Translations under genes and position numbers: made by a program
Notes under the pieces: generated by a model
Told to the model about the DNA's origin: nothing
What the model saw: the letters and a program-made list of their open reading frames with translations, nothing else
The model's database searches: none
Part shown: in pieces, positions 19,624 through 27,396 of the stretch
Numbering within the stretch: the stretch's first letter is position 1
How the letters are laid out: the number at the start of each line of letters is the position of its first letter
IMG/VR virus record: IMGVR_UViG_3300036791_000423
Span: 1-61,268 of that record
DNA: 61,268 nt
Source of the DNA: a virus
Taxonomy: Duplodnaviria; Caudoviricetes
Strand: one strand, 5' to 3'

Positions 19624-19863
19624 ATGACGACAACGCGAGTACCGATCAGTGCTTGCAAAGCATGTGGCAAGCCAAACGACTCAGCTACCAGCATCTCTGC
19701 TGATATAAAACCGACACCAGGAGACGTATCCATATGTCTCTATTGCGGACACGTCACAGTGTTTGATGATGATTTGACATTGCGCGAACCGACATCCAAA
19801 GAAATGCATGAGATTGCGGCTAACAAAATCATGTTGGCCGCGCAGAAAGCACGCAAACCTTGA
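19624..19863 (+). CDS. small Zn-ribbon-like protein
   Basis: CKACG...CLYCG. Confidence 0.6.
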   Translation: MTTTRVPISACKACGKPNDSATSISADIKPTPGDVSICLYCGHVTVFDDDLTLREPTSKEMHEIAANKIMLAAQKARKP

Positions 19864-20070
19864 TGCAGCGCCGCAGATTTTTAGCTAACCTTCTGGCCTT
19901 TACATTGTTTGATGCCAAGTGGCTTGACCGGGTTGAATTGCCGCTTAGTAAGATCATACCAAAGGCAGAAGAGTTTGATGAGCAACAGGCAGCGGAGGAG
20001 CGATCGAAAAAGACACCGCGACAATATCACTACCACAGACGATATCACCACAGATCAAGGAAAAAATCTG

Positions 20071-20631
20071 ATGAATAACAGACGCACTGCGATTCCAGCG
20101 ATTCCGATGTTTCCGGAAGTCCATGCATCTCCAATCACTGGCTATGACGACAACGTCATTGCCATTGGCGATGAGATCGAAGCAGGCTTGCGCGAATTGC
20201 GCCAGCATGAGCCAGTGCATGCCAAACTACCGTTACCGGACTATGTCGAGCATGCGCCGGAAGTCAGTGACGTTGGCCGCTTGTCATCGCAAGCCTTGGC
20301 AGCAGAATACGAACGCGCCGCCAAGGAAGTCGAAGCCATGGGCGTAGCATTGGTGAAGGCCATGCAGGAATGCGAACAGGATGCCGTCGAAGCCGTAAAG
20401 GCGATGGAACGGGTACGCGAGAACACGCTCGAGGCAGTCAAGATGTGTCAGGCCACGGCCACAGCATATCGTGACGAAGCCAAAAAGCTTTTCGACCGTA
20501 TCCAAAAATCAGCACTGCTCGCCGAAGACGTGCGCCGTGTCTGCGTGCAGCTATGCCAGAATATCGAAGCTGGCGAACCTGCTGCACGCGCGGATAAGAC
20601 CGACGACGACAAGACCGAGACCACCAAGTAA
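20071..20631 (+). CDS. coiled-coil hypothetical protein
   Basis: AAGGA RBS; heptad-like Ala/Glu-rich sequence. Confidence 0.65.
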   Translation: MNNRRTAIPAIPMFPEVHASPITGYDDNVIAIGDEIEAGLRELRQHEPVHAKLPLPDYVEHAPEVSDVGRLSSQALAAEYERAAKEVEAMGVALVKAMQECEQDAVEAVKAMERVRENTLEAVKMCQATATAYRDEAKKLFDRIQKSALLAEDVRRVCVQLCQNIEAGEPAARADKTDDDKTETTK

Positions 20632-20758
20632 CCAAGATTGCGGGTGGTCTTGGGAGCAATCCTTGGACGGCGTAGTGCTTGGGTTTAGTTCCTTTTACCG
20701 AGTCGAACGCAGCATGTGTGCTGAACACCCGCTTTTGATTTTTGCAGGAGAAAGAAAA

Positions 20759-21139
20759 ATGACAACGAAAGCTCAAACCAAGCAACAGGAATTGGAAGAT
20801 CAGATCATCAGGCTATCGCAGCAATGTAAGCTTAATAGTTGGACATCACTTATCGTCGATATAGATGTACCCATGGATATCGCGCCAGCGTTGCTGAGCG
20901 GTAGGCCTGAGCTGATCAAGATCATCCAGCCGCGCGATCTACCGGCAGCCGAAGCCGCCATCCTGTTTAACATCATCGGTAATCTGATCGAAACCAATCA
21001 GGCCTTGCAGGAGCACGCGGCGCAGTTGGCGGATTTCGTCGGACAATGGACCGATGCCTTTAAGCATCTGCGTTCGGTCGGTAACCGCATTTGTCGATTT
21101 GCGTTGTTCGATAAGCAGGAGATAGGCGATGACGAATAA
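20759..21139 (+). CDS. hypothetical protein
   Basis: CAGGAG RBS. Confidence 0.65.
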   Translation: MTTKAQTKQQELEDQIIRLSQQCKLNSWTSLIVDIDVPMDIAPALLSGRPELIKIIQPRDLPAAEAAILFNIIGNLIETNQALQEHAAQLADFVGQWTDAFKHLRSVGNRICRFALFDKQEIGDDE

Positions 21140-21365
21140 GGATTTTCCATTCGATCAGATATGCGATGCTGTCCTGGAGCAGTCGCGAAAGAGAGGTCAC
21201 TTCTGCTATCAAAAATTCACGTGTTCTGGTTGCGGTGCGCGCTTGACCATGGATCAACCCAATATAATCTTTGAAACCGGAACCTGTGACAAGTGCCCTG
21301 CAATTACGGATATCAAAAAGCAGGGATGCAATTACATGCTACAAATCAAACTGGGAGCCAAGTAA
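21129..21365 (+). CDS. small Zn-ribbon-like protein
   Basis: CSGC...CDKC. Confidence 0.6.
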   Translation: MTNKDFPFDQICDAVLEQSRKRGHFCYQKFTCSGCGARLTMDQPNIIFETGTCDKCPAITDIKKQGCNYMLQIKLGAK

Positions 21366-21366
21366 A

Positions 21367-22029
21367 ATGCTGAACCAATCCATCGCGCATCTGCCAATAC
21401 CCGAGCGCATGCAGCACCTGCCGATTTCGGACAAGGGATTTCCGATCCCTTGGTTTGTCTACATCGATCGCATCACCAATGAGTCTGACTTTAGAGTGAT
21501 AGGTCCGGGTAAGCTGGTGCTAGCTTATCAAAAACATCTGTGCTGGCTTTGCGGCAAGAAGATGGGCACCTATAATTGTTTCGTCGTCGGGCCAATGTGC
21601 ACCATCAATCGCGTCAGTGCCGAACCACCATCACATCTCGGCTGTGCAACTTATGCCGTGCGCGCTTGTCCGTTCCTGACACAGCCGCGCATGCGACGCA
21701 ATGAGAAGGATCAGATTTTGGAAGCGAAGGAAGTCGGTGGCGTAATGCTAAAACGCAATCCGGGTGTCAGTGCGTTATGGTGCACCAAGAACTATGAACC
21801 ATTCCGCGTATATAATGGTGTCTTGTTTCATCTGGGAACACCGACCGAAGTGCAATGGTGGTCCGAAGGCCGAACCGCGACACTGGCCGAAGTCCAAGCT
21901 AGCATTGATAGCGGCTTGCCGTCGCTGCATGAGATGGCAAAGCTGGAAGGGCGGCGTGCCGAGCTGGCCTTGGCCGGTCAAATCGCGGCTTCGAAGCAAT
22001 GGTTGCCATCTGCGCAAGATGCAATCTAA
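21367..22029 (+). CDS. Cys/His-containing hypothetical protein
   Basis: PIPWFV...CWLCG...EPPSHLGCA.YA..ACPFL. Confidence 0.7.
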   Translation: MLNQSIAHLPIPERMQHLPISDKGFPIPWFVYIDRITNESDFRVIGPGKLVLAYQKHLCWLCGKKMGTYNCFVVGPMCTINRVSAEPPSHLGCATYAVRACPFLTQPRMRRNEKDQILEAKEVGGVMLKRNPGVSALWCTKNYEPFRVYNGVLFHLGTPTEVQWWSEGRTATLAEVQASIDSGLPSLHEMAKLEGRRAELALAGQIAASKQWLPSAQDAI

Positions 22030-22299
22030 GAGGTCAAAATTAGGTCAGCATTATTGCCGTTTTTAAAGCCATTGGCAGGCTTGCCCAGTGGCCTTCCGCT
22101 GGCCCTTCCCGGCCCTAGCGCCAAGGCCGGTCTAGGCCTGCCCTAGCGGCTGGCTGATGGGCCAGCTAGGGCCGCAAATCGAGGTCTTTGGGCCGGTTTG
22201 GCGCTCGGCCTAGCTGGCTTGCCGATTGAATCCGATCCGGCCGGAGTTGGGCTGGCCCAAGGCCTTGATCTGATTGGTAAACATTTTTACACTTACAGA

Positions 22300-22328
22300 T
22301 TGCAAATCTTTACACTATAGCGTATATT
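22300..22328 (+). promoter_or_regulatory. sigma70-type promoter upstream of the block containing the RAMP gene
   Basis: TTGCAA-N17-TATATT, with TTTACACT repeats nearby. Confidence 0.55.
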
Positions 22329-22452
22329 GGCTTTGTTGGTCACGGCAATCACGCCGGTGCCAAAAGCCAAAAGGTGTAAAATGTTTTTCCGCTATGTTAA
22401 CAAGTTCATTGATCGCGTTTTCCTGCCGTTTATGGAAGGCACGGTTAGATAA

Positions 22453-22500
22453 GACCTTTACGCCCGGCACCTGCAAAGGTTACCGGGCTTTAGGGCATTA
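22453..22500 (+). repeat. Structured element family C, copy 2
   Basis: Same 27-nt core as 10020-10046, followed by TAGGGCATTA in both copies. Confidence 0.8.
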
Positions 22501-22529
22501 AGGAGTTAGGCTTTAAAAAGGAACCTGCT

Positions 22530-22766
22530 ATGTCTACGATCTACGATTACTACGAGTCGCAATTAAATGCGACATGCAAGGATGTGTCACTGCGTGACTT
22601 GCCTGTCGAGTCAGTTTGCGGCCAAGATTGCAAAGGCGTGATTGATGCCACCAAGACTTATCTCGATTACTTCGAGCTGGCCCATGGCTTGGAAGCATCA
22701 ATAACCGAAAGGCAACATATGGTCAGAAAATGTAACCATGTGATAAGCATCTTTTGGAGAGGATAA
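22530..22766 (+). CDS. hypothetical protein
   Basis: AAAAGGAACC RBS. Confidence 0.6.
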   Translation: MSTIYDYYESQLNATCKDVSLRDLPVESVCGQDCKGVIDATKTYLDYFELAHGLEASITERQHMVRKCNHVISIFWRG

Positions 22767-22818
22767 GTTTATCTACGGACCGGCCTTTAATGGCCGGTCA
22801 AAGATGCACTTACGCATC
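22765..22818 (+). repeat. Structured intergenic element family A, copy 4 (covariant)
   Basis: ATCT/AGAT replaces ATCG/CGAT; different inner stem GACCGGCC/GGCCGGTC; same GATGCACTTACGCATC 3' end. Confidence 0.8.
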
Positions 22819-22833
22819 AAAAGGAACCAAACC

Positions 22834-23547
22834 ATGTCAACACGAAAGGTAATAGGCGCGGCTCTGTCCGCGCTGGCTATAACGACGGGAGCGGCGCATG
22901 CCGCTAACATCACGGCAGAGCGTGATGGTTGTACCCCGAAAGACTGCTACGTCATCAAGGTTGACGGCGAGATCAAGCTTAACGATGAAAAAAAGTTTGA
23001 TGCCGTAATCAAGGCCAACAATATCAAGGTGGCCGTGGTTTATCTGGATAGTCCGGGTGGCAACATGCTGGCTGGCTTGTTAATGGGTCTATCTATCCAC
23101 GAGCACAATTTTGCAACGATGGTCTATTACGACACTCATTGCGTTAGCATGTGCTCAGCCATGTGGATGGCAGGCGGCAAGCGATATGCCACACCCACAT
23201 CCAAGATCGGTTTCCATCAGGTTTACACCTTGGATAGGCGTGGCCGGATGCATTCTGATGCAATGGGTACTGCAATGATGAAAAAATACTACGCGGAAAT
23301 TGGCGTGCCAAAACCGGCCGCAGACTTCCTCGTGGCGGCTGATCCAAACGATGTATACTGGCTCAACGGAGACCTCGCCGCTGGCTTTAAGATCGATGTG
23401 ACCACGCTCGATGACAAAAAAGAGGAGCCTAAAAAAGACCTTAGCAAGACCTGCATTCCCGGTGCGGTTGTATGTCCCGATCAAAGCGCCTCGGTCACCG
23501 TGCCCAAGGCCTTTGTCGAGAGCCTGATGACCAAGAAGCCACTCTAA
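22834..23547 (+). CDS. exported ClpP/crotonase-fold protein (COG3904-like)
   Basis: Signal peptide (AAHA cleavage), LDSPGG, CVSMC...AG..R.....KIGFH. Confidence 0.7.
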   Translation: MSTRKVIGAALSALAITTGAAHAANITAERDGCTPKDCYVIKVDGEIKLNDEKKFDAVIKANNIKVAVVYLDSPGGNMLAGLLMGLSIHEHNFATMVYYDTHCVSMCSAMWMAGGKRYATPTSKIGFHQVYTLDRRGRMHSDAMGTAMMKKYYAEIGVPKPAADFLVAADPNDVYWLNGDLAAGFKIDVTTLDDKKEEPKKDLSKTCIPGAVVCPDQSASVTVPKAFVESLMTKKPL

Positions 23548-23581
23548 CTTGATCTAATCAAGACACTAGATTATAAGACCC

Positions 23582-23612
23582 AAAAGGCCTCCGGATTTTC
23601 GGAGGCCTTTTT
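23582..23612 (+). terminator. intrinsic terminator
   Basis: AAAAGGCCTCCG-gatttt-CGGAGGCCTTTTTT. Confidence 0.8.
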
Positions 23613-23820
23613 TGTTATGGGGGAGACCTAGTTGAAAGTCAAAATGCCAACCGACGATTTACTGATGGCCGCGCTATGCTGCGGTAACCAATGCCAGCAC
23701 CCGGATCGATGTCACCGTTATGACTTTGTGCTGGAATGCGTGCGCGTCAAGCAGTTGCTTGTCGAGATGACCAACAGTAACGGCGAACAACCCATAATCG
23801 AAAACCATCCTTGACAAAGG

Positions 23821-23875
23821 ATTGTTCCCACGGAGCGGCTGATACGTCAGCCGCTTTAGGGAGCAATAATGCTCC
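23821..23875 (+). repeat. Structured leader element family B, copy 3
   Basis: ATTGTTCCC..AGCGGCTGA-TACG-TCAGCCGCT..GGGAGCAATAATGCTCC then CAGGAG. Confidence 0.75.
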
Positions 23876-23890
23876 AACAGGAGAAAGAAA

Positions 23891-24265
23891 ATGAAGCATA
23901 TCGATATCCAAGAAATCATCGATGCTGTACCGCTTCGACCTGTGATGTCACGTCGTGACAAGCTATTGCGTTGGGCGCAATTGGTTGATCGGTGCCATAG
24001 CGACTTGGCGCTTTACCATGGCATCGAATATATGCGGCCATATGATCTCAACAACATCCGGCCATATGCTACCACAAGAAGTGCCTTTACGATTGCCATC
24101 ACAGACCCGACGTTCCAAGCCATGGGCCTGACGCTATCCAGCTCGTTGATTGACACCATGCGGTTCTTCGAACTATCGCAGGATCAACTTCATGGATTCT
24201 CCTGTGATTGCGGTGGCTATATCGACAATCACGAACAGGCCCGACGCATTGCGCATCTAGCCTGA
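23891..24265 (+). CDS. hypothetical protein
   Basis: CAGGAG RBS. Confidence 0.65.
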   Translation: MKHIDIQEIIDAVPLRPVMSRRDKLLRWAQLVDRCHSDLALYHGIEYMRPYDLNNIRPYATTRSAFTIAITDPTFQAMGLTLSSSLIDTMRFFELSQDQLHGFSCDCGGYIDNHEQARRIAHLA

Positions 24266-24315
24266 CACTGATCCACCCATCGGCTGTCCCGATTAATTGA
24301 ACGCAGCCGACAACT

Positions 24316-24350
24316 GGCGGGAGGGCGCAAATGCCTCCCGCCGCTTTTTT
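24316..24350 (+). terminator. terminator-like hairpin just upstream of the RAMP gene
   Basis: GGCGGGAGG-9 nt-CCTCCCGCC-GC-TTTTTT. Confidence 0.6.
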
Positions 24351-24371
24351 GTAAACACAAAGGGAAATACC

Positions 24372-25079
24372 ATGGCACGAGCAAAGAAAACATTGTCCGC
24401 CGACGTAGTGCAGCTAACCCAAACCCAGCGAGCCGCAAAGCAAGCCGCTACACCAAAGCCTGAAACCAAGGTCGTGATCACGCCGCCCAAGCTGGCCACA
24501 GCCACTGTCACTATCATCGGCAAAGCTCCCTATCTGCAAAACCGCTTTTCATCCGACAATCGTGACAAGATGATGGAGGCGCAAAAGGCTGGTAGCGCGG
24601 CCAAGAAAACCCGCAAGGCCAAGGCACCCAAAGACTTTGAAAAGGTCTATCGCGGTTCAATGCATGTATCGCAGGATGGCTGGCACGGCATCCCTTGCAC
24701 TGCCTTACGGAACGCCATGATCGACGCGTGCCGCTTGACCGAGATGGACATGGTGCGCGCCAAGATGTGCATATTCATCGTCGAACAAGGCCGTGACAAG
24801 GAAAACCTCGAGCCGCTGGTAAAGATCGATGGTAAGCCGCAGATGCATATCGAACGTGTCAAGGTTGGTATGGGCAGCACCGACCTTGCCGCGCGTGCGA
24901 TGTTTGTCAAATGGTCCTCGACGTTTGAGATCACATGGGATGACGACGTATTCCATGCACAGGATATCATCAATCTATTGGCCCGTGCAGGCTGGCAAGT
25001 CGGCATCGGTGCCGGTAGACCATTCTCAAAAATGTCTGGTGGTACTGGCAAGGGGACCTTTGAGGTACGGCAGTCATGA
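24372..25079 (+). CDS. stand-alone RAMP/Cas7-like RNA-binding protein (Vipr-like)
   Basis: N-terminal strand ATVTIIGKAPYL, GIPCTALRNAMIDA (cf. RAMP IPGSSLKG.LR), and a C-terminal Gly-rich loop GIGAGRP...GGTGKGTFEV; no other cas genes; next to the pentamer array. Confidence 0.7.
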   Translation: MARAKKTLSADVVQLTQTQRAAKQAATPKPETKVVITPPKLATATVTIIGKAPYLQNRFSSDNRDKMMEAQKAGSAAKKTRKAKAPKDFEKVYRGSMHVSQDGWHGIPCTALRNAMIDACRLTEMDMVRAKMCIFIVEQGRDKENLEPLVKIDGKPQMHIERVKVGMGSTDLAARAMFVKWSSTFEITWDDDVFHAQDIINLLARAGWQVGIGAGRPFSKMSGGTGKGTFEVRQS

Positions 25080-25363
25080 CCGCACACGACGAAGGCTTTA
25101 TTCCCGACGGTACGATGTGGCTGCAACCCAAAAATACGTTGCCGCGCATCGAGCAGCTATGGGCCATTGTATCGGTGGACGCCCAAGATGGTAACGAAGG
25201 CGTCTGCGCCGCCATGATCGGTGGCGTAATCATGCCGCTGATTGCCGCTGACGAAAAGCGGCTCGAACAGATTGTGCCGATTGCGAAAGAAGTCGCGGCC
25301 GAGACCGGCACAAAGTTTAAGCTGGTAAGGTTTAGCAATCGCGAGGAGGTATCGGACATATGA
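25076..25363 (+). CDS. hypothetical protein coupled to the RAMP gene
   Basis: ATGA overlap on both sides. Confidence 0.65.
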   Translation: MTAHDEGFIPDGTMWLQPKNTLPRIEQLWAIVSVDAQDGNEGVCAAMIGGVIMPLIAADEKRLEQIVPIAKEVAAETGTKFKLVRFSNREEVSDI

Positions 25364-25803
25364 GTATCGAAAAGGAACTACTTGGCTTGATGAACGCCGA
25401 AGGCCTGATCGTGGCCGAGGCAGCCGAAAAGTGGGCGGCGAGTCATCGGCAATCGGACCTTGCCAAACAATTGGAATGGGACAACCGGGTAGCTGGCAAG
25501 CAATACCGGATCAATCAAGTAAGGCAATTGATCGTAAGCCTAAAGATCACAATGGGCAACGGTACCAAGCGGTTCTATTCGCTGTCCATCGATCGCGGTA
25601 ACAAGAAAGGCGGTGGCTATCGCGATATCGGCGATATCATGAAGTCCAAGACACTTTACGATATATTGCTTCAGGATGCACTTAACGATTTGCAGCGCAT
25701 GCAGGAGCAGTATGAACGCTTGCGCGAGCTGCAACCGATATGGAAGGAGGCCGAGAGGATCAGGAAACGAAAAAAGACCAAGGAGGACCGCGCCAATGTT
25801 TAG
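25360..25803 (+). CDS. hypothetical protein, candidate partner of the RAMP/array system
   Basis: GAGGAGG RBS; EWDN..AG.QYRI.Q.RQLI motif. Confidence 0.65.
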   Translation: MSIEKELLGLMNAEGLIVAEAAEKWAASHRQSDLAKQLEWDNRVAGKQYRINQVRQLIVSLKITMGNGTKRFYSLSIDRGNKKGGGYRDIGDIMKSKTLYDILLQDALNDLQRMQEQYERLRELQPIWKEAERIRKRKKTKEDRANV

Positions 25804-25918
25804 ACGCTGGTGCTGTTTCTGGTTCCATTATCCTTTCTATCAGGTAACCAGAACCGATGTCTGCACAACGCAAATGCATTGCAGCTATTGCGATCGTAGC
25901 TGGATTGTCTTGCACTAG
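25796..25918 (+). CDS. 40 aa Cys-rich peptide
   Basis: AGGAGG RBS; stop abuts the first array delimiter. Confidence 0.4.
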   Translation: MFRRWCCFWFHYPFYQVTRTDVCTTQMHCSYCDRSWIVLH

Positions 25919-27185
25919 GCAGGCATAGCAGTTCTTTGCCGAGCTGAGCTGTGATTAGTCTAGCAAAGCGGAGCTGAACATAGCCCAGCAGGCAAAGCGG
26001 AGCAACTCAGGGCCACTCGTCACCGAGCTTAGCCTAACCCTGCTCGCCCGTACCCTGCACATCGTGTCAGCGCTTAGCAGTGCAGGCCAAGCTCTCCATA
26101 GCTAAGCCGAGCTTGGTACTGGCGGTGCGCAGTAAAGCAGGCTAAGCTAAGCGAAGCCACATGGAGCAAAGCCCAGCACAGCAGGCAAAGCCAATCAGTG
26201 CAAAGCGGAGCGGTGCGGTGTCAAGCTTGGCTTAGCGGGCAGAGCTTACCTAGGCTGACAACGGCGAAGCGGTGCAAGGCAGGCATGGCATGGCATGGCA
26301 TGGCGTAGACGGTCCTTGCGATCTATGTGCGTGGCCCGGCTAGGCAGGCCAAGCCAAGCATAGTATACCAAGCTTAGCGTAACCGAGCAGAGCAGGCCGT
26401 GCATGGCACAGCCGATCTTGTCCGTGCATAGTCGAATCAAAGCGATGACCAGCGGAACTTGGACCGGCAAAGCAGGCGCAGCAAATCCAAGCGGAGCCTG
26501 TTACATCGTAGCGAACTGAAGCCTAGCATGGCAGGCGAAACTGAACAAAGCGCAGTCCAACCCGGCGGTGCTGAGCGTCTCTGACCACAACTGAGCGCGA
26601 CACGGCACAGCAGGCAAAGCACTTTACGGCTTAGCGTAGCTTGACGTTACACTGTCCTGCCGAACCGTCCTGAGCAGAGCAGGCTATGTGATGATATGCG
26701 AAGCGTTTCGATGCGAAGCGGATCGTGGCTAAGCAGGCCAAGCGAACCACAGCAGATCGTAGCCCAAGATGCATAGTGAAGCCGCTCACTGTTAAGAACG
26801 GCCGAGCTAGGTATAGCAAGACGAAGCCAACCGCTGCGAAGCGATGCATAGCAGGCATGGCATAGCTTCACTAGTCAGAGCGTAGCGTGGCCGATCTCTG
26901 CAAGCCGGACCAAAGCAAAGCTGGCCCAGCAGAACAAGTCCCGGCCCTGTCGTGCTGATCAGTGTACTGCCCGACAAATTCGAGCGAGACCGGGCAATGC
27001 GCAGCAGGCCAAGCTAAACTTAGTAGTGCTTGATCTGGCAGTGCTTGGCAAAGCAGGCACGGCAATGCAAGGTCGCGCCGAGCCCGATCAGGCCCATCGT
27101 GGCCCAGCCTAGCTCAGCAGGCATGGCACAGCTCCGCATCCAGTACAAAGCGAAGCGAAGCTTGTCATCGCAGCGCAATGCTGGC
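25919..27185 (+). ncRNA. pentamer-periodic putative guide-RNA array, block 1 (19 units)
   Basis: Runs of NN(A/G/T)GC pentamers separated by AGGC at 25921, 25990, 26084, 26139, 26183, 26237 (GGGC), 26281, 26346, 26394, 26474, 26533, 26612, 26681, 26735, 26853, 26922 (TGGC), 27006, 27055, 27119, 27182 (TGGC). The pattern is seen directly; RNA function is inferred. Confidence 0.8.
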
Positions 27186-27221
27186 ATATTAAACTTCAAG
27201 CGACCAAAGCAAGGGAGCACC

Positions 27222-27395
27222 ATGATGAAATACAAATTATTTGTCGTCTTGGCGTTGTTCTCCGCAATATGCTTGATCACTGGTTACATGCTATCACGAG
27301 ACCAAATGTCGGCGTGGGCACTGCTGGCTTTTATACTCAGCAGTTGGTTCGCGCTGTCATTTGGTTTTATGGTTGGATTGTTTGGTGCAAGGTAA
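27222..27395 (+). CDS. 57 aa two-helix membrane protein inserted in the array
   Basis: AAGGGAG RBS, two hydrophobic segments; pentamer periodicity stops across it and resumes at its stop codon. Confidence 0.65.
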   Translation: MMKYKLFVVLALFSAICLITGYMLSRDQMSAWALLAFILSSWFALSFGFMVGLFGAR

Positions 27396-27396
27396 A

